A stretch of DNA of 64,000 nt, taken from the IMG/VR virus record IMGVR_UViG_3300040801_003393, positions 46,539-110,538 of that record; one strand, written 5' to 3'. The stretch comes from a virus. The position numbers and the translations under genes were made by a program. Within the stretch, counting starts at the first letter, position 1. Every line of letters begins with the position of its first letter. The notes below the pieces were generated by a model, which made no database searches, was not told where the DNA came from, and was given only the letters and a program-made list of their open reading frames with translations. Shown piece after piece: positions 40,056-48,859 of this stretch.

Positions 40056-40965
40056 AGTATAAAGTTAACCCTTTTTCTAGAGGGGTGCCGTCGGGCAACC
40101 CAAGATGTTCTTTAGCAGAAGCAATATTTAGACCACCACGCTTAGGGTAGGATGCATCGCGAGGATTGATTTTAATATGTCCTGCACCGACCAACTCAAT
40201 AATAGTTTCGGCTGCATGCAATAACGTTTGTGGATGCCCGCTTGTTACATTAAATGTTCCTGGAACTCTTCTGGTTGCAGCCTGAACGATGCCTTGAGTA
40301 ATATCGTCAATATAAGTGAAGTCTAGTGTTTCGCCAGCACCACAAACATTCAATTCTTTGTTTTCTATTGCTGACTTGAAGAAAAGACTTATTACCCGTT
40401 CAGTAACATCCATTGGGCCATACACTGCACTAGGACGAATAACCGTTACTGTACCACCAGAGGTCTCTGCCCAGAGTCTACATAACTGCTCTCCAGCCAG
40501 TTTATAGATACCATATGCGGAGGTAGGGTTGCACGGATCGTTTTCAGTCGGAGGCTCCGCAGGAAAGTCACCATACACCATTGAACTACTGATATAAACA
40601 AAGTGAGAAGCAATACCGCGACAAGCCGATAGTACATTATGCAACCCAACGGTCATTGTACTGATGCCCTGCTCGGGATATTGACTAACCAGTGCCGCTC
40701 TTGGATAGGCAGCTAAATGTATAACAACATCTGGTTTTATTCTTTTAATTGCTGCTGATACTTTGTCTCGATCGCTAATATGAATTGAGTAAACATTTTT
40801 CAAATCGTTGCCAAGTCGTAGCTGCAAAAGTTTTTGATATTTTGACGACGGCATGATATTGTAGCAATCGAAGTTATCAATGATGTTTACTTTATTATTG
40901 TGTTTTAACTGATTAAAAACATGGGAGCCAATAAACCCAGCACCGCCAACTAATAGGTATTTCAT
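40027..40965 (-). CDS. NAD-dependent NDP-sugar epimerase/dehydratase (extended SDR)
   Basis: GGAGFIGSH, SSSMVYG, YGIYK (YxxxK) and DFTYIDD motifs. Confidence 0.92.
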   Translation of the reverse strand: MKYLLVGGAGFIGSHVFNQLKHNNKVNIIDNFDCYNIMPSSKYQKLLQLRLGNDLKNVYSIHISDRDKVSAAIKRIKPDVVIHLAAYPRAALVSQYPEQGISTMTVGLHNVLSACRGIASHFVYISSSMVYGDFPAEPPTENDPCNPTSAYGIYKLAGEQLCRLWAETSGGTVTVIRPSAVYGPMDVTERVISLFFKSAIENKELNVCGAGETLDFTYIDDITQGIVQAATRRVPGTFNVTSGHPQTLLHAAETIIELVGAGHIKINPRDASYPKRGGLNIASAKEHLGLPDGTPLEKGLTLYYDWLKTNSI

Positions 40966-41258
40966 TATAAAAACCTTAATTTAAATTCAACAATTTTTTC
41001 TTCGTCAGTTGGATCGAGAATACCATATAACCGAACTATTTCTACTCCGCTTAGGTCCAGGCCAACTTTGTCACCAAATGGATTTTCAACTTCTTCAATT
41101 TCAAATTTAGCGCAGTTTTCTAATAGCCATTTGTTTCTTGGGTGATTGTTTTGCGCAATAGAAAACATAACGTCTAATAAATCTCGATCTTCTCGTTTGT
41201 ATTCCTCGACCACCCCGGGTAGATTATCTAGGTTTAAGGTAGCTAACAGAACACGCAT
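40965..41258 (-). CDS. Hypothetical protein
   Basis: Coupled ORF between thyA and the epimerase. Confidence 0.6.
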   Translation of the reverse strand: MRVLLATLNLDNLPGVVEEYKREDRDLLDVMFSIAQNNHPRNKWLLENCAKFEIEEVENPFGDKVGLDLSGVEIVRLYGILDPTDEEKIVEFKLRFL

Positions 41259-42148
41259 CAGACTGCCATTTTAGCAGAGATCGTTTCGTGATGTTTGTAG
41301 TTTTGTAGAACGATATCATTCATTGTAAACTGATTGATATCTTTGATATCTGGATTTAGCCATAGCGTTGGCAAAGGATATTCTTCCCTTGATAACTGTT
41401 CTTGAACTGCATCGAAATGGTTGTTATAGATATGTGCGTCACCAATCGTATGTATAAACTCACCAGGCTGTAATTCAGTAACCTGTGCTAGCATGTAAGT
41501 TAGAAGCGAATACGACGCGATATTAAACGGAACGCCAAGGAACATATCAGCTGAACGTTGATACATATGACAAGAGAGCTTATTGTCGTTTGATACATAA
41601 AACTGGGCTAGCAAATGACACGGCGGCAAAGCCATCTCAGGTAGCTCGCCTGGGTTCCATGCAGATAAAATATGACGACGGCTATACGGATTTTTCTTTA
41701 AATCGTTTATTAGATTCTGAATTTGATCAACGTGGTTGACTGCACAAACCACTACATCGTTTTCGTTTTCGGCTCTTGCATATGGAGAGAAGTGAGCCCA
41801 GCTTCGCCATTGTACTCCATATACTCGGCCCAAGTCCCCTGAGAACTTGCCCCCTTTCCAATATTCTGCGTTAGCATTATCAGTCCAGATGGTACGCTTG
41901 TTGAGGTCTCGAGTACCATGGAGTATTTCGGCGAGCCGGCGCTCATCCCCCGACCCTTCTAAGAACCAGAGCAGTTCGGAAACAACAGATTTCCATGCAA
42001 GTTTTTTAGTAGTGACTGCTGGAAAAGATTCTGTTAAGTCATAACGCATTTGCATTCCGAATATTCCACGAGTACCAACACCAGTTCGATCAGTGCGGTC
42101 TTCACCATCGTTTAATATACGTTCTAATGCGTCGTGATACTGCTTCAT
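41258..42148 (-). CDS. thyA: Thymidylate synthase
   Basis: DRTGVGT, ELLWFL, LGRVYGVQWR, MALPPCH, YQRSADMFLGVPFNIASY, GDAHIY. Confidence 0.97.
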   Translation of the reverse strand: MKQYHDALERILNDGEDRTDRTGVGTRGIFGMQMRYDLTESFPAVTTKKLAWKSVVSELLWFLEGSGDERRLAEILHGTRDLNKRTIWTDNANAEYWKGGKFSGDLGRVYGVQWRSWAHFSPYARAENENDVVVCAVNHVDQIQNLINDLKKNPYSRRHILSAWNPGELPEMALPPCHLLAQFYVSNDNKLSCHMYQRSADMFLGVPFNIASYSLLTYMLAQVTELQPGEFIHTIGDAHIYNNHFDAVQEQLSREEYPLPTLWLNPDIKDINQFTMNDIVLQNYKHHETISAKMAV

Positions 42149-42603
42149 TTCCTTTTCCAGATTTGATAATTGTGAGTTAGGCATAGTTGATCTCGCACTA
42201 ACTCAAACTCTTCAGTGATACGGGTTAAGTCAATTCCAGTATCACATACAAATGTATTTCTTATTTTCGATAAATGAATCTCGTCAATTTGATCAAACAA
42301 AGATTCAAATAATCTTGCACCGCCTATACACCAGTCAACGTTATACTGTTCCAAGTCTTTAATTGTTTTACATTGTATAACATTTTCCGGAAGAGGTAAA
42401 TCTGATTGGCTAATAACTATGTTCGTTCGATTTGGTAGCGGCTTTGGAATGCCTTTGCTCTCCCAAGTCCCCCTGCCCATAACAATAGTTTTTCCAGTTG
42501 TTAGTTCTTTAAACCTGAGTAGGTCCGTCTCTTGCTTTGGCCATGGCATTGCGCCATTAAAGCCGATACCACCTAAGCGGTCACATGCTAATATTGCTTT
42601 CAT
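42145..42603 (-). CDS. folA: Dihydrofolate reductase
   Basis: GIGFNGAMPW, D..RFKELT, VMGRGTWES, PLPNRTNIV, IGG; adjacent to thyA. Confidence 0.93.
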   Translation of the reverse strand: MKAILACDRLGGIGFNGAMPWPKQETDLLRFKELTTGKTIVMGRGTWESKGIPKPLPNRTNIVISQSDLPLPENVIQCKTIKDLEQYNVDWCIGGARLFESLFDQIDEIHLSKIRNTFVCDTGIDLTRITEEFELVRDQLCLTHNYQIWKRK

Positions 42604-42911
42604 TATAGTTTATGTAAAATTTTCTCGGTTTCTCGTTGTACTTCAATTGCCACGTTTTCAACGTCAACAAAAAAGTCCATGGCATACACCGAACTGTTAG
42701 ATTCGTGTATAATTTCAGAAAGGATTTCTTCAATTTCATCGTTGCTAAACCCATTCTGTCTAAATTCTAGAACGTTAACAGGCTTCGGATCAACAGACTG
42801 ATCTATAAAATGAATAATGATGCGGTTGATAAAATGCATAGGAATGTTTGTTTTATCAACCGCATCGATTAATTCCTCCCATTGCGCAAGATGTTTATTA
42901 TCTGCAAGCAT
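42603..42911 (-). CDS. Hypothetical protein
   Basis: Coupled ORF upstream of DHFR. Confidence 0.65.
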   Translation of the reverse strand: MLADNKHLAQWEELIDAVDKTNIPMHFINRIIIHFIDQSVDPKPVNVLEFRQNGFSNDEIEEILSEIIHESNSSVYAMDFFVDVENVAIEVQRETEKILHKL

Positions 42912-42922
42912 GAGAGCAGTTG

Positions 42923-43606
42923 TTATTTAGACGCCTCAACAGAGTCGCTTACTACCACTGGTGCATCAGTTGCTGATGCTTTTTTGGTGGTTGTTTTTTT
43001 GGCAGCTTTGGTACGTGCTGGTTTCTTAGGACGTGGAGAAGAGTCTAATTGATAGGCTTCTTCAAGTAGCCGTTTGCTTTCAGCAATCATTACATTTGCT
43101 TCAGCTTCCATTTGTGAAGCCTGCGCCAATCGTTGCTTAGCTAATGTAGCATCATCAAGTACAGGTTCATTAACTGGTGCTTCAGTTTTCTTCATGGGAT
43201 CAGCAAACCCAGCATTCTGATCGAGGTCGGCCATTTTTTGTGCCGCTTCCGATCCCGCTTCCATACCATTTAAAATGGTATTGAGTTCGTCTAACCTAAC
43301 GTGGCTTGAAACGTTTGGTGTAACAATTACTTGGTTGGTCGGAACCTTTTTAATCATACCTTCACGATGTAAGGTTTGTAAGATTGGACGACCGTCGGGT
43401 AGTAAGTTACGAAACAATGGTTCAGAAAGCTCTTTTGCTTCTTGACCGGGCGCCGATTCAATCACTTTCATGATGGTATCGTGGAATGCTTTTGGAAGTG
43501 TTTCGGGATACACAACCAGGCACATATGGTCTTCGCCCGGTACTTGCCTATAAATAATGGCGACCTTTCGATCGCCATGTTTCCCAATGTGCTTTATGAA
43601 TGCCAT
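42923..43606 (-). CDS. Hypothetical phage protein with basic K/A-rich tail
   Basis: Start re-assigned to MAFIKHIGKH (SD GGAGG upstream). Confidence 0.7.
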   Translation of the reverse strand: MAFIKHIGKHGDRKVAIIYRQVPGEDHMCLVVYPETLPKAFHDTIMKVIESAPGQEAKELSEPLFRNLLPDGRPILQTLHREGMIKKVPTNQVIVTPNVSSHVRLDELNTILNGMEAGSEAAQKMADLDQNAGFADPMKKTEAPVNEPVLDDATLAKQRLAQASQMEAEANVMIAESKRLLEEAYQLDSSPRPKKPARTKAAKKTTTKKASATDAPVVVSDSVEASK

Positions 43607-43607
43607 A

Positions 43608-43880
43608 TTAGGCCTCCGTGGTCTCTTCTGTTGTTTCTTCTGCTTCAGTGGCCTGCGGCTGCGGAGCAATCGATTGTAAGAATGAAGTTAGTCGGGTGTA
43701 GGTGTTTCCAACTACTGCCATCTCTTCAGCACGAAATGCACCACGACGTGCAACCACGTCAATGATTTGCTTTAAATTAGCAAGGTCGTTAAGAGTTAAG
43801 GAAACTGGAGCAGCCGCGGAAGTAACGGCCTCTTCGGAAGCGCCAGCATCAGTAACTTCGGTATTGGTATCTTCTAACAT
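43608..43880 (-). CDS. Small acidic hypothetical protein, late-controlled
   Basis: SD GAGG; TAAATA and anti-RBS hairpin upstream. Confidence 0.7.
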   Translation of the reverse strand: MLEDTNTEVTDAGASEEAVTSAAAPVSLTLNDLANLKQIIDVVARRGAFRAEEMAVVGNTYTRLTSFLQSIAPQPQATEAEETTEETTEA

Positions 43881-43960
43881 AAAAATCCTCTTGTGGTTAA
43901 ATTATATGCTATTATTTAACACAATAGCAACCCACGAAAGAATTTTTTGATGTTAGAAGA
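43870..43960 (-). promoter_or_regulatory. RBS/start-sequestering hairpin enclosing a late TAAATA promoter
   Basis: tcttctaacat/atgttagaaga arms plus a further ~15 bp of pairing across the SD; TAAATA at 43913-43918. Confidence 0.75.
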
Positions 43961-44231
43961 ACAGGGAGAAGAGTGTAGCCTCGGCCGGATTTTCGAAACC
44001 AATGAATCGATTTTGGATTATAAATCGGGTCCCGTTATCTTGTTGATCAACTAGTGCGATTCGTCCGTCGGTATTTTTAATGAGCCACTGTAGCAAGTCT
44101 GGGAAGTCAATCTCTGACTTTAACTCCATTTTGATAAAATGGTCTGGCATAACCTTTAGGAAACGAAGCCGATGCCAATCAATCGGCTTCGTTTCCTCAA
44201 GCATTGCTTCAAAGTCGATATCGCTGCTCAT
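43953..44231 (-). CDS. Hypothetical protein
   Basis: Start re-assigned to MSSDIDFE, 1 nt after the vWA gene stop. Confidence 0.6.
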   Translation of the reverse strand: MSSDIDFEAMLEETKPIDWHRLRFLKVMPDHFIKMELKSEIDFPDLLQWLIKNTDGRIALVDQQDNGTRFIIQNRFIGFENPAEATLFSLFF

Positions 44232-44232
44232 G

Positions 44233-45528
44233 TTATGCTGCATTCTTCTGGCGATGATCTTCATAGTAAGTGGTAGTACCAAACGGTGCTTCAATAGTGT
44301 TGCTACCGTGGATGATCCAAAGCGTATCGCAGAAGTCCGGATCACCCCAGCTACCAAACGGGTAACCGTCAGTGAACACAACCAACCGATCGAAGTCAAT
44401 TTCGGCCTCTTTCAGGTGGTTGAAGATTGGCTCAAAGTCGGTGCCACCAAAGCCACCAAGTTCATACTCAGCCATATCACCAATATCGTCGCTAGTGTAG
44501 TCAACCGGGTTATGGACTCGCGTGTCGAAGCAGAACACGTGGATCTTGTACGCAGTGAACGCCTCCATGCAGCCCTGTACTTCGCTTAGGAAGTCAACCA
44601 GCATCTTCTGGCTAATCGAACCGGAAGTATCGATAGCCACTGCGATGTTAACCTCTTCGCCCGGGTTCATACCAGGCATGATAGCGTCCATGTGCCAACC
44701 GCGACGTGACTGACGCATCCAAGTATAGTCGTCCTTGATTGCGCTAGTGAGCGACATGTTGAGCAGCTCACGCCAGTTCATCTGGGGCTCAGTCAGGTCC
44801 TTCAGCATCTTCTTGACGTTGCCAGGAATGTTGCCGGCGTTCGGTTCGTTGTTGGCCGCGTTGATCACAGCCTCCTTGAACTCGTCGCGGATAGCATCAC
44901 GCTCTGCTTTGGAGAGCTTCGGGCGATCGTTACCATCACCCTCGTCACCTTCGCCGTCGCCCTCGCCCTCGCCTTCGCCAAGATGGTCGTCAAGGAGTTT
45001 GTCAAGCAGATCGCTCAGGTTGATCTTTTCAGCTTTGTCGTACAGCTCGTCGTAAATCTCTTCCGACGACTTACCGTTGTACTGAGGATCGTGTAGGATC
45101 TCAATAGTCGTGATCTTGCGACCCACGTTATGTTTGATCAGGTCGGCGTTGACGCAGTAGTCGTTCGCGATGTTCCAAAGACCAGGATCGCGATCATTGC
45201 GGCGACCAAAGTGATCATAAACGCAGTGGAGGACCTCGTGACCAAACCCGAATTCCAGTTCTTTCTGGTCCAGCATGTTCACGAAGCGAGAATTGTAATA
45301 GAAGTGCCGCCCGTCAGTCGCAAGCGTCGGCAGCCACTCATCAGCGTTAACCAGTTTGAGCCGAGTAGCAAGGTTACCGAAGAACGCCTGCTTGAGCAGA
45401 AGTGCAACACGAGCACCAATCAGTTTCTCGCGAGCCTGGTTGTCGACCTTGGGGTCCATTGGACCAATCAGGTCCTTAAACTTGTCCATACGGTTCGAAG
45501 TCGTGCCGTTGTTGGCTTTAGCTGACAT
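44233..45528 (-). CDS. Putative metallopeptidase + vWA domain protein (DUF2201-like), partner of the AAA+ ATPase
   Basis: HEVLH (HExxH), acidic GEGEG linker, DTSGS MIDAS motif, GGTDF, FTDG. Confidence 0.85.
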   Translation of the reverse strand: MSAKANNGTTSNRMDKFKDLIGPMDPKVDNQAREKLIGARVALLLKQAFFGNLATRLKLVNADEWLPTLATDGRHFYYNSRFVNMLDQKELEFGFGHEVLHCVYDHFGRRNDRDPGLWNIANDYCVNADLIKHNVGRKITTIEILHDPQYNGKSSEEIYDELYDKAEKINLSDLLDKLLDDHLGEGEGEGDGEGDEGDGNDRPKLSKAERDAIRDEFKEAVINAANNEPNAGNIPGNVKKMLKDLTEPQMNWRELLNMSLTSAIKDDYTWMRQSRRGWHMDAIMPGMNPGEEVNIAVAIDTSGSISQKMLVDFLSEVQGCMEAFTAYKIHVFCFDTRVHNPVDYTSDDIGDMAEYELGGFGGTDFEPIFNHLKEAEIDFDRLVVFTDGYPFGSWGDPDFCDTLWIIHGSNTIEAPFGTTTYYEDHRQKNAA

Positions 45529-45552
45529 CACGTTCTCCTATTTAATATGCAT

Positions 45553-45581
45553 ATTATACTGGGTTGCCACCCAAAAGTCAA
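45553..45581 (-). promoter_or_regulatory. Sigma70-type early promoter
   Basis: TTGACT-17-TATAAT. Confidence 0.8.
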
Positions 45582-45617
45582 CGATTTTTAGTATTTAAAA
45601 GTATTAAGATGGTTGCG

Positions 45618-45893
45618 CTAAGTTATTGATTTTGCTTGCAGTTTTACCCAGAAAAATTCGCCCAAATCAACCGTTTTGTCCTCACCACTCCCACAGTTCT
45701 TAATGTACTGTACACCGTTATGATCTTCTTTCCAAACCCGCATGCTATATTGAATCAATACCCACTCAATAGAGGCACGGCTTCGATCCTTGTTGAAATT
45801 TCGGATATGGTACCTGTAAATACCAGGTTCAATCCTGTAAGTACCATACTGGGCCGGTACCAAAAGTTCATGGTAGAGCGTAGCCTCAGCCAT
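45618..45893 (-). CDS. Hypothetical protein
   Basis: SD GGAGG upstream; AT-richer than its flanks. Confidence 0.6.
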   Translation of the reverse strand: MAEATLYHELLVPAQYGTYRIEPGIYRYHIRNFNKDRSRASIEWVLIQYSMRVWKEDHNGVQYIKNCGSGEDKTVDLGEFFWVKLQAKSIT

Positions 45894-45907
45894 TCATATC
45901 CTCCATC

Positions 45908-45935
45908 AAAAAGGGAGGGGCATTGCACCCCTCCC
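45908..45935 (-). terminator. Rho-independent terminator after the AAA+ gene
   Basis: gggagggg-tgcaatg-cccctccc followed by a T-run on the minus strand. Confidence 0.75.
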
Positions 45936-45946
45936 AATTCGCCTTC

Positions 45947-47041
45947 TTATTCGGAGGCGTTGATGATGTACTTACCGTACCGCTTGTGGAACTCGTCGAA
46001 GTTCTTCAGCTTGGTCGGAAGGATCGGGAGGTTGTAAGTGGTCAGTGCAACCCGAGCACCCATAACCACGAGTTCAACCTCGAAGTTGTCCATCATGAAG
46101 CGGAAGAAGTTATCCGCCATCTTGTGGAAGTCGGCGTCCTTCATACCGTTCTTCAGTGCATCCTTCAGCTCGTAACACATCGAAACCACCAGCGAGTACA
46201 TCGCGCTGACTTCGTTGACTTCGAGCTTCTTCACCTTGCCCTCAAGGATGTCGACCGGGTTGGGCATCTTGCCAGCAACCTTACGGTGTGCAGCGAACTT
46301 GACAGCAAGCCCTTCGCCAACCGTACCAGCAACCAGGTCAACCATGGTGCGATCGTCCAGGTTGTCGTCTGCGATCAGGTCGGACACGAAGCTCCAGCTA
46401 CGCGGAGTAGCAAACGAGCGGCTCGAGCTCTTCGGATCGAAGTCGTACAGGTCGTTCTTCGCAAAGTTCAGGTAACCGACGACGTCTTTGTGTACGTCGT
46501 GCGTTACAGCCCACTCGAACCAGCTAGCGAAGTCTACGCGCATCTCCAGGTGGATGAAGCGGTTAGCCAGCGGAGTCGGCATACGGAAGGTAACACCCTT
46601 GTCCGACTCGCGGTTGCCAGCAGCAATGATCACGACGTTGTCGGGCAGTTTGTAACGGCCGATACCGCGGTTCAGGATCAGCTGGTAGGCCGCAGCCAAC
46701 ACGCTCGGGGGAGCCGAGTTCATCTCGTCCAGGAACAGGACGACCATCGGATACTGGCTAGCCAGTTCCTCGTCCGGCAGGTCGATCGGGGGAGCCCAAT
46801 CCATTTTGCCGAGGTCCTTGTTGTAGAACGGAATGCCTCGGATGTCAGTCGGTTCCATCTGACCCAGTCGCAGGTCGATCATAAAACCGTCATGGTCTTT
46901 GGCAATGCCTTCAACCAGTTCTGACTTGCCAATGCCCGGAGGACCCCAAAGGAAGATCGGGCGTTTCACCGCGAACGCACGCTCGATAGATTTGCGAGCT
47001 TCAACTGCGGTTACGGTACGGTTCTCGCTTACATGCGACAT
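45947..47041 (-). CDS. MoxR-like (AAA_5) AAA+ ATPase
   Basis: Walker A GPPGIGKS, Walker B LFLDE, AAGNR, PLANRF, TPRSW. Confidence 0.9.
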   Translation of the reverse strand: MSHVSENRTVTAVEARKSIERAFAVKRPIFLWGPPGIGKSELVEGIAKDHDGFMIDLRLGQMEPTDIRGIPFYNKDLGKMDWAPPIDLPDEELASQYPMVVLFLDEMNSAPPSVLAAAYQLILNRGIGRYKLPDNVVIIAAGNRESDKGVTFRMPTPLANRFIHLEMRVDFASWFEWAVTHDVHKDVVGYLNFAKNDLYDFDPKSSSRSFATPRSWSFVSDLIADDNLDDRTMVDLVAGTVGEGLAVKFAAHRKVAGKMPNPVDILEGKVKKLEVNEVSAMYSLVVSMCYELKDALKNGMKDADFHKMADNFFRFMMDNFEVELVVMGARVALTTYNLPILPTKLKNFDEFHKRYGKYIINASE

Positions 47042-47075
47042 GGATTGTTGCTCCTGTTTCGTTTAACGTGAGTGT

Positions 47076-47104
47076 ATTATAGTTGACCTGCGTTACAGTG
47101 TCAA
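47076..47104 (-). promoter_or_regulatory. Sigma70-type early promoter
   Basis: Perfect TTGACA-17-TATAAT. Confidence 0.85.
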
Positions 47105-47212
47105 CCAAAGAATGAAAGAAATTTCAGCTACCGCTACCCCAACTACGAGCAGAAAGCCCATGCGACGCGCACTAGCATCAGAAAGATTATCAAACCAAGT
47201 CCAACCAGACAT
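47093..47212 (-). CDS. 39-aa membrane peptide absent from the ORF track (MSGWTWFDNLSDASARRMGFLLVVGVAVAEISFILWLTL)
   Basis: SD AGGAG, own consensus promoter, one hydrophobic helix. Confidence 0.65.
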   Translation of the reverse strand: MSGWTWFDNLSDASARRMGFLLVVGVAVAEISFILWLTL

Positions 47213-47254
47213 TGCTTTCTCCTGTTCTGGGTTGTTTTTGCAGTTCATGTGCAT

Positions 47255-47283
47255 ATTATAGTGGTATTGACTGCAAGTGTCAA
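47255..47283 (-). promoter_or_regulatory. Sigma70-type early promoter
   Basis: Perfect TTGACA-17-TATAAT. Confidence 0.85.
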
Positions 47284-47369
47284 TGCCAAAATAGTAATTA
47301 AAAGTACGAATTTTTCTTTAATAAAATCAATGACTTAGCTAAGTTATTGAAAAATAAGAGGTTTTTTGC

Positions 47370-47786
47370 TTACTCTTGCCCTTCAAAAGGGTCATGCCGG
47401 ATGTCTAGGCCCTTATGCTGCCCTTGACTGTACTTGGCCCAGAATGCGTCAGAGTTAACGTTTCGGTTTTTTGGGTTGGATGATAGACCCTTTGCACCAT
47501 GTTGTTTCTTTGCAATATTAAGGGCTTTGGTGTACAGCATTTTCCCTAATCCCTGCCTACGAGCCTCGCGGGCTAAGAATACGTTTTCGATACTTGGATA
47601 TCCTTTTACTTCAAGTCCGATGTCGATAACTCCGATTTGGTTTGGATACTTGAATATGCGTTGATATGTTTCTGGCAAAGAATCGCGATCAATGTCAAGA
47701 TCGCTCAGAACATGAATGCGAAAACCATTCTGTCCGTATTGTTCTGTTTTGTATTCCACATTGTGGGCAAATTCGTATAATCGCAT
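47370..47786 (-). CDS. GNAT-fold acetyltransferase-like protein
   Basis: VFLAREARRQGLGKMLY matches the acetyl-CoA-binding R/QxxGxG motif; N..AFW; TAAATA 4 nt upstream of the ATG. Confidence 0.7.
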   Translation of the reverse strand: MRLYEFAHNVEYKTEQYGQNGFRIHVLSDLDIDRDSLPETYQRIFKYPNQIGVIDIGLEVKGYPSIENVFLAREARRQGLGKMLYTKALNIAKKQHGAKGLSSNPKNRNVNSDAFWAKYSQGQHKGLDIRHDPFEGQE

Positions 47787-47806
47787 ATTGTATTTATTTG
47801 ATCATA

Positions 47807-47830
47807 AAAAACCCCGCCGAAGCGGGGTTA
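47807..47830 (-). terminator. Rho-independent terminator after the porin gene
   Basis: aaccccgc-ttcg-gcggggtt followed by T-run on the minus strand. Confidence 0.85.
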
Positions 47831-47872
47831 AGACAGTCCATTGCGAGCCTTTAACTGTGGTTGGCTCAATTA

Positions 47873-48853
47873 TTAGAAGTCGTGACGCATACCAACATTG
47901 AATACGCCGACTTCGGTCCCAGATGCATCGTCCGTAATGTCCTGGTAATTTACATACACTTTGGTACGCTTACTGAAGTGATGCTGACCTTCAACAGTCC
48001 AGGTGGTCTGATCAAGGACGGTGCCCCAATCGTACTGCTGGTAGCCAACTAGTACGGTGTTGTTGCCAAAGTCAGCCGCACCACCAACTGCATACATCTG
48101 CCCGTCGTCCACGCCAGCGACGTTTACGTCAAGGTTTTCGTAACCGGCATTTACACGCCAGTTGTTTGCACCACCAAATTCATAAGCTGCACCAACAGTA
48201 ATAACTTCAACGTCGCGAAGCGCAGGGATGCTGGTGTCCTGTGCCAAGGTAGAACCAGTAACATAACCGATGCCAATGTAAGCATCGTAACCTTCATAAG
48301 TTACGCGATATTCCTGCAAGTCAACATTTTCTTCGTTTGCTACAACAGCATTGTCACCGTCCATAACGACGCTAACAGAACCTTGGAATCCAGCAAAAGT
48401 AGGAGTAACATAATTTACACCATTGCCATATACACCACTAAAGGTGAAATCGTTTGAACGTCCTTCAAACTGGTCGATGGTAGCATCACCAATGCCAGCG
48501 GCAAGTGTGTCGTACCGACCAAGGCGAACAGCACCGAATGTTTCGTTACTCAAGCCCATATACATCTGGTCAACTTCAAGTGCGGATCCGCTGGTATTGT
48601 AACCACGGATCCCAGGACCTTCTTCACCGTTGATGTCAAAGCTGAAGAAACCAAACGCAGTAGTACCGTTGCCCAGGTCTTCGCTTACTTCAATCCCAAC
48701 TTCAGAATCGCCAAATACGACGTCAGATCCTGAAGCATCACCGCTGTACATTTCAACAGCGCCTTCCATAGTACCGAAGAGTGTAACCTCGGCTGTTGCG
48801 GCAACCGGTGCCACTGCGACCGCGACCGCAGCCGCAATATATGATAGTTTCAT
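47873..48853 (-). CDS. Gram-negative trimeric general porin
   Basis: Signal peptide ending ATA-E, VTLFG start, SEDLGNGTTA, FGAVRLGR, HHFSKRTKVYVNY and C-terminal VGMRHDF with terminal Phe. Confidence 0.9.
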   Translation of the reverse strand: MKLSYIAAAVAVAVAPVAATAEVTLFGTMEGAVEMYSGDASGSDVVFGDSEVGIEVSEDLGNGTTAFGFFSFDINGEEGPGIRGYNTSGSALEVDQMYMGLSNETFGAVRLGRYDTLAAGIGDATIDQFEGRSNDFTFSGVYGNGVNYVTPTFAGFQGSVSVVMDGDNAVVANEENVDLQEYRVTYEGYDAYIGIGYVTGSTLAQDTSIPALRDVEVITVGAAYEFGGANNWRVNAGYENLDVNVAGVDDGQMYAVGGAADFGNNTVLVGYQQYDWGTVLDQTTWTVEGQHHFSKRTKVYVNYQDITDDASGTEVGVFNVGMRHDF

Positions 48854-48859
48854 TATTAA

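Noticed and set aside
45923-46924. 333-aa plus-strand ORF
   Set aside because: Antisense shadow of the GC3-rich AAA+ gene; no RBS or motifs. The same applies to 44080..44589, 45130..45525 and 60766..61263.
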